35,150 nt of DNA from Candidatus Fervidifonticultor quintus. GTDB taxonomy: Bacteria; Sysuimicrobiota; Sysuimicrobiia; Sysuimicrobiales; Humicultoraceae. The notes beneath the pieces are model-generated. The model was not told where the DNA came from and did no database searches. It saw only the letters and a list, made by a program, of their open reading frames with translations. The stretch lies in NCBI GenBank assembly GCA_031459535.1, contig JAVKIJ010000028.1, forward strand, positions 1 to 35,150, in the 5' to 3' direction. Made by a program: the position numbers and the translations under genes. Every line of letters starts with the position of its first letter. The first letter of the stretch is position 1. This document shows positions 18,255 through 26,348 of this stretch, in pieces.

Positions 18255-18990
18255 TGACGTCGCCCCGACCGCCCGGCCGGCTGGCACGCGCAGCGGCCAT
18301 TTCCGCCGCGATGGCTGCCGCGGCCGCCGCCGGATCGTCCGCCGAGAGGATCGGCCGTCCGACCACCAGATAGTCCGAGCCGGCCAGCACGGCCTGCCGC
18401 GGCGTGGCCGTACGTGCCTGATCACCGGGAACTGTGCCCGGGGGTCGAATGGCCGGCGTGAGCACACGAAACGCGCTTCCGAGCTCGGCCTTGAGGCGGG
18501 CACACTCGCGCGCCGAGGTGGTCACACCGTGCAGCCCCGCGTCCCGCGCGAGCCGCGCCGCACGCAGCACGCCGCTGGCGACGCGGCCGGGGTCGCTGGT
18601 CAGGCGCGTGACGCCGAGGACCATGGTTCCCCCGCCGGCCTGCGCCGCCGCCCGCGCCGCCGCCTCCAGCATGGCCGGCCCGCCCGCGCAGTGCACGGTC
18701 ACGAGGCGGACGCCAAGCCTGGCGGCTGCAGCCACCCCGCCGGCGACGCTGTAAGGAATGTCGTGGAGCTTCAGGTCGAGGAAGACGCGCCCGCCGGCCG
18801 CATGCACCATCTGCACCGCGGCGGGCCCGGCGGCCACGAACAGCGCCGGGCCGATCTTGAACCACGGTGTGATGGGCCGAACCCGCGCCACCATGTCGGA
18901 GGCGGCGGCCAGCGTGGGGACGTCCAGTGCCACGATGAGGGCCGGTCCCTCGGGCTCGGGCGCGCCTGACCGGGACACCACTTCGGTCAC
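18244..18990 (-). CDS. pyrF: Orotidine-5'-phosphate decarboxylase
   Basis: LIVALD, FKIG, DLKLHDIP, TVHCAGG, TPAIRP, DQARTATP, YLVVGRPI. GTGA overlap with the pyrD stop. Confidence 0.95.
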   Translation of the reverse strand: MTEVVSRSGAPEPEGPALIVALDVPTLAAASDMVARVRPITPWFKIGPALFVAAGPAAVQMVHAAGGRVFLDLKLHDIPYSVAGGVAAAARLGVRLVTVHCAGGPAMLEAAARAAAQAGGGTMVLGVTRLTSDPGRVASGVLRAARLARDAGLHGVTTSARECARLKAELGSAFRVLTPAIRPPGTVPGDQARTATPRQAVLAGSDYLVVGRPILSADDPAAAAAAIAAEMAAARASRPGGRGDVSVG

Positions 18991-19922
18991 CGAGCGGTCA
19001 CCCCTTCGAGGCGGCCGACCAAGTCGCGAACATGTGGGATCCGATGCTTCGCCAGATACGCGCGCAGCCCCTCCGTAATCTGTGAGGCGGCGTCGGGCCG
19101 GTCCAGGAGCGCGGACGCGATGCCCACGGCGTGGGCCCCGCACAAGATGAACTCCAGCGCGTCCTCGGCGGTGGTGATGCCGCCCATCCCGATGATCGGA
19201 ATCCGCACGCGTTGCGCCACCTCCCACACGATGCGCAGCGCCACCGGCTTGATCGCCGGCCCCGACAGCCCGCCGATGCCCGCACCCAGGCGGCCCCGGC
19301 GCGTGCGCACGTCCACGGCCAGGGCCTGCAGCGTGTTGATCACCGACAGCCCGTCGGCGCCGGCGCCGGCGGCGGCGGCGGCGACATCCGCGATGTCGGC
19401 CACGTTGGGCGAGAGCTTGACGAACAGCGGCAGGCGCGTTGCTGCCCGCACCCGGGCGGTGAGTGCCGCGATGCGGGTGGGCGAGGTCCCAAAGAACAGT
19501 CCGTCGTCCACGTTGGGGCACGAGACGTTGACCTCCAACGCGGCCACGCCTTCTTCGCCCGAGAGCAGCTCCGCAACAGTCGCGAATTCCTCGGCCCGAT
19601 GGCCAGCGACGCTCACGATGATTGGTCGGCCCAGCGTGCGCAGGAACGGCAGGTCGCGGGCGATGAACGCCGCCACGCCCGGGTTGCGCAGACCGACCGC
19701 GTTGAGCCATCCACCGGTGACCTGGATCGTGTGCGGCCCGGGGTGGCCCGGGCGCGGCTCCAGCGTGACCGACTTGGTGATGATCCCGCCGAACGCCCGC
19801 AAATCCACGACGGCCTGGACCTGGCGGCCGAACTCCAGGGGACCGGGGGCCGCGAGCACGGGTGTGGGAAATGTGATCCCGGCCAGGGTGACGTCCAGGG
19901 CTGGCGCCACAGGCAATCCCAC
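18987..19922 (-). CDS. pyrD: Dihydroorotate dehydrogenase family 1 (1B-like) catalytic subunit
   Basis: TKSVT, LNAVGLRNPG, EVNVSCPNV, KLSPNV, INT, GGLSGPAIKP, IIGMGGI. Confidence 0.93.
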   Translation of the reverse strand: MGLPVAPALDVTLAGITFPTPVLAAPGPLEFGRQVQAVVDLRAFGGIITKSVTLEPRPGHPGPHTIQVTGGWLNAVGLRNPGVAAFIARDLPFLRTLGRPIIVSVAGHRAEEFATVAELLSGEEGVAALEVNVSCPNVDDGLFFGTSPTRIAALTARVRAATRLPLFVKLSPNVADIADVAAAAAGAGADGLSVINTLQALAVDVRTRRGRLGAGIGGLSGPAIKPVALRIVWEVAQRVRIPIIGMGGITTAEDALEFILCGAHAVGIASALLDRPDAASQITEGLRAYLAKHRIPHVRDLVGRLEGVTAR

Positions 19923-19926
19923 GGGC

Positions 19927-20316
19927 TCAGCCGCCGCCGCGCCGCATGGCCGCGAAGCTCACAGCATCGGTGTACGAGAGGTCTTGGTCACGGTACTGCG
20001 CCAGCAGTTCACGCGTCGCGCGCTCCAGTGCCGCGTCCGCGTAGACGACCTCCCGACGCGGGGTGGCCTGGAGGCGGTCGAGCAGAGTCCATGCCGTCTC
20101 GAACCCGACCATGCGACGGAGGAACGTATAGCTCTCGGCCACCACGAAATTGGCCACGACGATCCCGCGAAAGCGGCGCAGCACCCCGGGCCACGCCGCC
20201 GCTGCCTGGCCGGGGTGGCTGTCGGCGCGGGACAGGAGGGCCACCCACCCCCCGGTGTCCACAAAGATCCTAGCGGCGGCTCTGCCGTCGCCGCTGCGGC
20301 GGGACCAGGTAGGCAT
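19927..20316 (-). pseudogene. vapC: PIN-domain (VapC-like) toxin, C-terminally truncated; start uncertain
   Basis: IFVDTGGWVAL...VVAESYTFL...LSYTDAVSFAAMRRGGG-stop. The final AF[TS]FDxHF-type segment with the fourth acidic residue is missing. Confidence 0.72.
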
Positions 20317-20530
20317 CGTGATGATCGGCGCCATCTGGCGGCCCCCCCGGTGCGGCCAGCTCGGGCAGCTCCATCAACGGGTCGGCCTGGGGCGGCAGGG
20401 CCTCTTCAATAATGCGGTCAGCGCCTTCTCGCAGTAGACGGGCCAGGGAGACATTGCGGCGCCTCGCGATCTCCCGGAGCGCTCGGTCCTGCCGTTCTTC
20501 CAGATAGATCTGGAGGGGCTTTCTCTTCAT
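20270..20530 (-). CDS. Ribbon-helix-helix (CopG-like) antitoxin
   Basis: MKRKPLQIYLEERQDRALREIARRRNVSLARLLREGAD RHH, with the C-terminal DGADHHDAYL motif commonly seen in antitoxins paired with PIN toxins. Confidence 0.85.
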   Translation of the reverse strand: MKRKPLQIYLEERQDRALREIARRRNVSLARLLREGADRIIEEALPPQADPLMELPELAAPGGPPDGADHHDAYLVPPQRRRQSRR

Positions 20531-20533
20531 TAA

Positions 20534-20570
20534 TCCTGACTCTACATCAGGAAATAGCACATTGTCGACA
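20534..20570 (-). promoter_or_regulatory. Promoter and inverted-repeat operator of the antitoxin, probably giving a leaderless mRNA
   Basis: TCCTGA-N7-TCAGGA (20534-20552) and palindrome TGTCGACA (20563-20570). Minus strand reads TCGACA-18nt-TAGAGT, 8 nt before the ATG. Confidence 0.6.
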
Positions 20571-20590
20571 GTGCCGGACGTGCCTGACTG

Positions 20591-20941
20591 TCAGGTGTCT
20601 GGGTAGAGGACGATCCCATCGGCGGTCATGCGGGCCAACCGTTCCTGCATCTGCGCGGCCTCGGCTTCCGTGTACAGGTGCGGCTCCACGCCCGGGATCG
20701 CCAGCGCCAGCTTGGCGACGCTGAAAGCGTCGTCGCGGGCCGGGCCGCGATAGACGATCAACAGATCCACATCGCTGGCGGCCGTCTGACGGCCCCCGGC
20801 CCAGGATCCAAACAAGACCACCCGCACCAGGGAGAGCTGCCGGGCGAGGCCCGGCAGGCGCTCTCGAAGCGCAGCGACCAGACCCTCCCGGGTGTACCTA
20901 GGATAGAAGACCCTGACAGAACCCGAGAATCGCTTCGGCAT
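20591..20941 (-). CDS. Minimal nucleotidyltransferase (MNT/MntA-like antitoxin)
   Basis: VVLFGSWAGGRQTAASDVDLLIV pol-beta NTase motif (GS...DxD), 116 aa. Confidence 0.9.
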   Translation of the reverse strand: MPKRFSGSVRVFYPRYTREGLVAALRERLPGLARQLSLVRVVLFGSWAGGRQTAASDVDLLIVYRGPARDDAFSVAKLALAIPGVEPHLYTEAEAAQMQERLARMTADGIVLYPDT

Positions 20942-21284
20942 GAGCGATCAGTCGCTCGGCCTCGACGCGCGTGTAGCGGGCGTGCGGGGTCCCCGAGGGG
21001 TGCGCGTTTGGATATCGCGTCGGGATGTACGCCTTATCGAGCTCCAGCGCCGGGCCCACCAATGCGTCTGGGACCTTGTGGTGCGTTCTCAGCTCGGCGA
21101 GGAGATCGGCGACCGAGTGGCCCCACGCCTCGGCGCCGAGCCGTTGAAAGACGGCCTTGACCGCCTTCTCGGCAGCCTGCTGAGCCGAGAAGCAGGCCCA
21201 GTTGTAGAAACCCCGCTCCAGATCGCTGCGCGCGTGCTCCAGGTCGGCGGCGGCCGAGGCGAACCAGTCGCGGCTTCGCTCCAT
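20898..21284 (-). CDS. HEPN-domain protein (HEPN-MNT module)
   Basis: MERSRDWF..A..DL..A......YNWACFSAQQAAEKAVKA...GHSV..L...LDKAYIPTRYPNAH. Overlaps the MNT start by 44 nt. Confidence 0.92.
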   Translation of the reverse strand: MERSRDWFASAAADLEHARSDLERGFYNWACFSAQQAAEKAVKAVFQRLGAEAWGHSVADLLAELRTHHKVPDALVGPALELDKAYIPTRYPNAHPSGTPHARYTRVEAERLIAHAEAILGFCQGLLS

Positions 21285-21301
21285 GGGCTGCGGCCCCGCC
21301 G

Positions 21302-21577
21302 TCAGGATCCTGCCCTGCGGACGATACTCCAGCCCTCGCGGGTGAGCTTCACCAGGTCGCCGACCCGCACCTGTTCCCAGAACGCGCGCGGCGCGCCGTA
21401 CTCGCGCGCGTTGATCACCAGCAGGTACGGCGGCTCCTCGCTCTGCCGGATGCGCTTCTCCTCCACCCATCCGATTACAATGGGCGGCGGGGACGACCCC
21501 TCCTCGCCCTCCCGGTCGCACGATGGGATCAGTTGCGCCACCACCAGCAGGATCATCACCGCCAGGACCTTCGTCAT
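21302..21577 (-). CDS. Small exported protein or putative lipoprotein (91 aa)
   Basis: SD GAGGAGG. MTKVLAVMILLVVAQLIPSC gives a hydrophobic signal plus Cys, followed by a beta-rich domain ending VRVGDLVKL (OB-fold-like pattern). Confidence 0.65.
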   Translation of the reverse strand: MTKVLAVMILLVVAQLIPSCDREGEEGSSPPPIVIGWVEEKRIRQSEEPPYLLVINAREYGAPRAFWEQVRVGDLVKLTREGWSIVRRAGS

Positions 21578-21607
21578 TCTGCCAATCCTCCTCGCCAGCG
21601 AGAACAC

Positions 21608-21640
21608 GACCCCCCGGGAGGAGCTCCCTCCCGGGGGGTC
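21608..21640 (-). terminator. Terminator hairpin downstream of the SLH-porin gene
   Basis: GACCCCCCGGGAGG-AGCTC-CCTCCCGGGGGGTC is a perfect 14-bp stem, followed on the minus strand by GTGTTCT (weak U-tract). Confidence 0.8.
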
Positions 21641-21662
21641 AGATCAGGAACTGCCGACGGCC

Positions 21663-23330
21663 TTACCAGCTCGTGGACAGCTCCACCCGGTAGAAGTTGT
21701 GCAGGTCGCCGCCGAAGGCCGGGTTGCCGAAGAACGCGTTGTTGGCCTTCGTGTACTGGAAGTAGATGTTGGTGCGCGGCGTGAGCACGTGAGTCAGGCG
21801 CAGCCACCACTCGTAGTAGCTGGTGTTGCCGACCAGTTCGGTGCCGCCCTCGTAGTGGATGAAGGCAGACCAGCGCGGCGAGAAGGTCAGGTTCAACCGC
21901 GCCAGCCAGCCCCGCATGTTCCACGCGAAGTACTGGCCGAACGAGGTCGACGCGTAGGTGTAGAACGGCGCGAACATACCGGCCGTCATGGGCCCGTAGT
22001 TCATGTAGGCGACATCCAGCGTCGGGCTCCACGTCGTGATCCCGGCCAGGCGGGCCAGGTCCAGATTGGCCGCGACGCGCCAGGCGTTCGCCGTCGCCGA
22101 CGTGAAGGTCGGCCCCGGCAGGTACTCGGTCCGCCAGCTCGCCCACTCGGCCGCGAGCGTCAGGCCCGGGAACAGGGTGCCGCTGACGTCCAGGCCCCAG
22201 CCCTTGCCGCCGGTCCAGGTGCCCGGCGCGCCGCCGACCACGCCCTGGTCATAGTAGACGCCGCCCAGCGTCCAACCCGGCAGCAGCGCGCCGGTGGTCA
22301 GGCGGACGGTCTTGAAGTCGAAGTAGCCGCTGCTGAAGACGCCCAGCCCCGGGACGCTCGAGAGCGAGCTCTGCCGGAACAGGCCGACCTGGAGGTTGAG
22401 GGGCCCAAGCGCCCAGTCGCTGCGCAGGCCGTCAATCGTGCCAGGCGTGCACGCCCAGTTGTAGCCGAACGCGAACCCGTGGGCCCCAGCCGGACAGCCA
22501 GCGCTGTTCGGCGGGTCGAACAGCAGCGCGCCGTTGAGCGGGTAGACGTAGCCGAGCGAGTAGTACTGGCGGCCGACCCGCCAGAGCCTCGCGCCCAGGG
22601 TGTTGCGGATGTCGAGGTGCATCAGGTCGAACGAGACGTTGTTCCACACGAAGTCGTTGCCGAACCGGGTGTCAGCAGTCGCACCAGTGGTCCCGGCCAT
22701 GTTGTCGGCCCGGATCCGGATGACCGCGGTCGTGACCGGGTTGACGGCGCCGGTGAAGGTGATCCGGCCCCGCAGCCGGGCGTCAGGCGAGCGCAGCGTG
22801 CCGCTACCGCTCACCGACCCCGACGGGTAGAAGTTGTCCCGGTACCGCATGTCGCCGGTGACCTTGGTGTTGTCCAGCCGCGCGCGGATGGCCGCCAGCT
22901 CCTCCTCGACCGCGGTGACGCGGACGCCGAGGGCCGCCAGTTCGGCGCGGAACTCCGCCACGAGCCGCTGGATGGTGGCCAGCTTCGCGGTCAGGCGCTT
23001 GTCAACCGCGGTCAGCGCCGCGGTTTGCGCGGCCACGGTCTTGTTGAGCGCGGCCTGCCGCACCAGGTCGGGCGGCAGCGGTGGGATCTTGATGGCCTCG
23101 ATGCGCGCCAGCAACCGCGCGACCACCATGGCCATCTCGTACCGGGTCATCGCCCGGTCGCCCTTGAAGGACCCGTCGGGGTAGCCCTCGATGAGGCCCT
23201 TGGCCGCCAGCTCAGCGATCGCGTCGTACGCCCAGTGGTCTGTGGGCACGTCCGCGAACGGCTGTGCCATGGCCGGGGCAACCAGGACGAGTGCCAGGAG
23301 TGCTGCGACAATCACAGCAAGCTGCTTCAT
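21663..23330 (-). CDS. SLH-domain outer-membrane porin/tether (OmpM/SlpA-like): signal peptide, SLH, coiled coil, beta-barrel
   Basis: PFADVPTDHWAYDAI..L...GLIEGYPDGSFKGDRAMTRYEMA (SLH), LVAEFRAELAALGVRVTAVEEE (coiled coil), KVTGDMRYR start of alternating beta-strands, and a C-terminal aromatic (YRVELSTSW). Confidence 0.9.
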   Translation of the reverse strand: MKQLAVIVAALLALVLVAPAMAQPFADVPTDHWAYDAIAELAAKGLIEGYPDGSFKGDRAMTRYEMAMVVARLLARIEAIKIPPLPPDLVRQAALNKTVAAQTAALTAVDKRLTAKLATIQRLVAEFRAELAALGVRVTAVEEELAAIRARLDNTKVTGDMRYRDNFYPSGSVSGSGTLRSPDARLRGRITFTGAVNPVTTAVIRIRADNMAGTTGATADTRFGNDFVWNNVSFDLMHLDIRNTLGARLWRVGRQYYSLGYVYPLNGALLFDPPNSAGCPAGAHGFAFGYNWACTPGTIDGLRSDWALGPLNLQVGLFRQSSLSSVPGLGVFSSGYFDFKTVRLTTGALLPGWTLGGVYYDQGVVGGAPGTWTGGKGWGLDVSGTLFPGLTLAAEWASWRTEYLPGPTFTSATANAWRVAANLDLARLAGITTWSPTLDVAYMNYGPMTAGMFAPFYTYASTSFGQYFAWNMRGWLARLNLTFSPRWSAFIHYEGGTELVGNTSYYEWWLRLTHVLTPRTNIYFQYTKANNAFFGNPAFGGDLHNFYRVELSTSW

Positions 23331-23585
23331 CGTCGGTTGGTGTCCCCTTTCGTGTTGGGTTGTGGGCCTCGGGGACGCGACGCGGTCGGATCGAGTGTGC
23401 GTGTTTCCTCTTCCTTCCGGCGTCCGGCCCTGCGGCCCTTGCGTCCACCGTCCCGTCGCGCGATCCCAGAACCCGCTGCCCTCCTTCCCGGATCAGCACC
23501 GTGCGGCCTCTGCGGCCTGGACGGCGAACCACGTCCGTTGCTCGACTCCTCTAAGGGGGCCGGGCGGCACGACCTAGGCCGCCCG

Positions 23586-23615
23586 AGTGTAGACACAACT
23601 GCCGCCCGCCTTCAA
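23586..23615 (-). promoter_or_regulatory. Putative sigma70 promoter of the SLH-porin gene, implying a 5'UTR of about 250 nt
   Basis: TTGAAG (23615-23610), 18-nt spacer, TACACT (23591-23586). Confidence 0.5.
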
Positions 23616-23790
23616 GAGTCCGGCAACGGGCGAAGCACCTGCAACCAATAGATTCCCTTCGACGGCCGGGGCCAGACTCCTTCCCGGGCCAGCCGCGGCC
23701 CGGACAGGAGTCGCCGCCCGCCCTGAAGAACACACGTGCTCTGTGGCGCCCGCCACAGATCTCGCTTTGCGAAAGGACACGATCAGGTCA

Positions 23791-24462
23791 ATGCGACGAT
23801 TCCTACGGTCTGTGCTCGTGGCCATCCCCATCATCATTGCCTCGCCGGTGCTCGTCCTGGCGATTCAGGGCGGCATGTTCCTCCCGGTGGGGTTGTTCGT
23901 GGCGATCTACTCGCCTTGGACCCCGTTCGTCTGGTTCCCCCAGACCAAGTGGCTCGTGACCCATACGATCTGGATGACCCGCGGTGTGCGCGCCCTCCTG
24001 TTCGACGCCGGCTGGGCGATGATCGTCGTGGGGTTCGCCATCTTTCTGGGCTCGTACGTCTATTTCTACTCGATCCGGCGCCGCGTGGGACTGGTCACCA
24101 GCGGCCCGTACGCGGTCGTCCGGCACCCGCAGTACCTGGGCATCTTCCTCGGCCTGACCGGGTTCTCGCTGTTGGGCGCAAGGCCCATCGCCGTGATCGC
24201 GTGGATCACCGCCGTGTGCACCTACCTGGCGCTGATGATCCACGAAGAGAGCGAGAACGACCGCCGCTTCGGCGAGGCCTACCGGGCCTACCGCGACCGG
24301 GTGCCGTTCATCATCCCGTTCCTACCCGCAGCCCTGACCCGGGCCTGGCGTCGGCTCTTCGCCATCCCCAAGCCGGCGCAGTATGCGGTGGTCGCGGTGG
24401 TCTACGTGGCGCTGGTGGCGGTGGCCATCTCGATCCTGCGCGATCGGTCCTTCCCCACCTGA
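23791..24462 (+). CDS. Isoprenylcysteine carboxyl methyltransferase/PEMT-family membrane methyltransferase
   Basis: LVTSGPYAVVRHPQYLG motif and EE...RRFGEAYRAYRDRVPFIIP motif. ATG at 23791. The only clearly supported plus-strand gene. Confidence 0.88.
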   Translation: MRRFLRSVLVAIPIIIASPVLVLAIQGGMFLPVGLFVAIYSPWTPFVWFPQTKWLVTHTIWMTRGVRALLFDAGWAMIVVGFAIFLGSYVYFYSIRRRVGLVTSGPYAVVRHPQYLGIFLGLTGFSLLGARPIAVIAWITAVCTYLALMIHEESENDRRFGEAYRAYRDRVPFIIPFLPAALTRAWRRLFAIPKPAQYAVVAVVYVALVAVAISILRDRSFPT

Positions 24463-24497
24463 TCCCCAACAGGGCCCCCAAGATTGGCGAGCTGACC

Positions 24498-25787
24498 TCA
24501 GCGCGCCGGCGGTCGGGAGAGGCCGAAGAGGTAGTCGTCGTTGTTGACCAGGACCTCCACCAGGCCGTCGCCGTCCAGGTCTTCGGCCGTTAACCCCATG
24601 TAGGCCAGCCGGCCGCCGAGCGCGTGCTCCCACTTGAGCTGGCCTCGCGCGCCCAGCAGATAGAGCGAGCCGTTGTGGCTGGCGGCGAGGACCTCGAGCT
24701 GGCTGTCGCCGCGGTCCAGGTCACCGACCAGGACCGAGCCGCTGATGTGACCGCGGCGCTGGAACTGCCACAGCGTACGCCCGGCCGGGGAGACGGCCTG
24801 CACCCAGCCGTTCTGAATCCCGAAGACGATCTCCTTGGTGCCGTCCCGGTCGAGGTCGGCCACGGCCAGACCGTTGTAGGCGGTCACCGGCCCGTTCGTC
24901 CGCACCGTCCACCGCAGCCGGCCGTCGGGCGCGATCGAATGTACCGCGCCCTGCTCGTCGGCGGCGTAGATCTCCACGGTCCCGTCGCCGTCCGCGTCGT
25001 CGATGGTCACGCCGTAGATCGAGCCGCGGGTCTGGTAGACCCAGCGCCGGCGGCCGTCCCGGTCGAGGGCGTGGATCGAGCCGTCGCCGTGGTTCCCGAT
25101 GACGATCTCGGGCTTGCCGTCACGGTCGAGGTCGGCGATCGCCGGCGCGTTCATGTCGGCGCTACCACCCATCGCATAGGTCCAGCGCGGTCGGCCCGTG
25201 GCCGCGTCCAGGGCGTAAACCGTGCCCTGGGTGTCCGCGGTAATCACCGTGAATGCCCCGCTGCGCTCCAGATCGGCCACGGCCGGGCTCGCGTAGCTGA
25301 TGTACGCCCTCGCCCCGAACGTCCACACCACCTGCCCCCTGGCGTTGAGCCGGAAGAACGTGGAAGCGCCTCCCGACTGGTAGGGCGCGAAGAAGATCTC
25401 GGGCCGCCGGTCGCCGTCCACATCGGTGACAGCCGGCGTCATCAACACAATGCCATTGAGGTGCATGATGGAGAAGTCCCAGCGCCGCCGCCGCCAGGGG
25501 CGTTCGAGCGCCACTACCCTGATTCCCTCCCCGTAGACCAGCTCCACCTGCCCGTCGCCGTCGAGATCGGCTGCCGCCGGCGGCGAGACCGACGCGGGCG
25601 ACCGCGTCGTCTCGAACTCCAGTTGCCACGCGACGTGGGGCGCGGTGAGGCCGCCGGGCTTCGGGGTGAAGTTGGTCCGCTGGAGGTTAGAGCCGCCGAA
25701 CTGCCACAGGGGCGCGCCGGGTTGCGCGGCGGCGTCTGCGGCGAGCAGCGTCACGACGGCCACCAGCAGCGGAAAGAACCGCTTCAT
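24498..25787 (-). CDS. Secreted beta-propeller protein with FG-GAP/VCBS-like Ca-binding and PQQ-like repeats
   Basis: Signal peptide MKRFFPLLVAVVTLLAADAAA with SD GAGGAGG. Eight (A/G/E)D[LV]DxDGxxE-type repeats alternate with G..RW motifs. Confidence 0.85.
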   Translation of the reverse strand: MKRFFPLLVAVVTLLAADAAAQPGAPLWQFGGSNLQRTNFTPKPGGLTAPHVAWQLEFETTRSPASVSPPAAADLDGDGQVELVYGEGIRVVALERPWRRRRWDFSIMHLNGIVLMTPAVTDVDGDRRPEIFFAPYQSGGASTFFRLNARGQVVWTFGARAYISYASPAVADLERSGAFTVITADTQGTVYALDAATGRPRWTYAMGGSADMNAPAIADLDRDGKPEIVIGNHGDGSIHALDRDGRRRWVYQTRGSIYGVTIDDADGDGTVEIYAADEQGAVHSIAPDGRLRWTVRTNGPVTAYNGLAVADLDRDGTKEIVFGIQNGWVQAVSPAGRTLWQFQRRGHISGSVLVGDLDRGDSQLEVLAASHNGSLYLLGARGQLKWEHALGGRLAYMGLTAEDLDGDGLVEVLVNNDDYLFGLSRPPAR

Positions 25788-25931
25788 CGAACCTCCTCGC
25801 ACAGGGGCCAGGAAGCCCCGGGTGGTGCGCGCCGGGCGTCAGCAGGCGCTCACCGCGGCGCAACACCTCCACAGTGTACACGATCCGCCGGCCGCCGCGC
25901 CAGCAACTGCGCAGTCAGCGCCGGTGCGGCC

Positions 25932-26342
25932 TCACGGGTCGCGCCTGAGCGCGGCCTCGGCGAGCAGGATGGCCGCGTAGTCGTCGTAAGGCTCTGGCGG
26001 GACCTGGAGGCTGCGCGGGACAAGGCGGCGCCAGCCCCTGGGCGGGTGCTCCGCGAAGTACCGGGCGCGCGCGGCGAGCGTGGTGCCCGATTCCTCCACC
26101 AGTCGAATAGGCACCGATGCAGTGCCGCGGATGGCGGCGAGGATCACGGCCGAGTTCGTGCGGTTTCCCACGACGATCTCGGTCACCGCGTAGCGCTCCT
26201 GCCAGGTCCTGACGACCTCGGGCAGGGCGTCCGAGGCGACGATGGCGCGGTCCAGAGTGCCCCCAGACGAGCACACGGCGGCCCCGCACTTGTCCGTTCC
26301 CGGATCAATCGCCAGCACGATTCGGGCGGCTCGGTCGCACAC
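25932..26342 (-). CDS. YqgF/RuvX-like RNase H-fold nuclease (short type)
   Basis: VLAIDPGTDKCG, IVVGNRT, LVEESGTTLAARARYF, PYDDYAAILLAE. Confidence 0.85.
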   Translation of the reverse strand: MCDRAARIVLAIDPGTDKCGAAVCSSGGTLDRAIVASDALPEVVRTWQERYAVTEIVVGNRTNSAVILAAIRGTASVPIRLVEESGTTLAARARYFAEHPPRGWRRLVPRSLQVPPEPYDDYAAILLAEAALRRDP

Positions 26343-26348
26343 GGGCGC

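Noticed and set aside
23400..23460. GGACGCAAGGGCC on the minus strand resembling a c-di-GMP-I riboswitch junction
   Set aside because: No upstream GGCAAAC/GAAA P2 element or tetraloop receptor is visible.
23608..23730. SAM-I-like words (TTCAAGAG...CGAAGC...GCAACC...GAAG) upstream of the methyltransferase gene
   Set aside because: Lacks the GAGGGA-GGCCC kink-turn/pseudoknot segment, the GGTGC P3 partner and the AUC/GAU P1 pairs, so it is most likely chance. A cmscan run would settle it.
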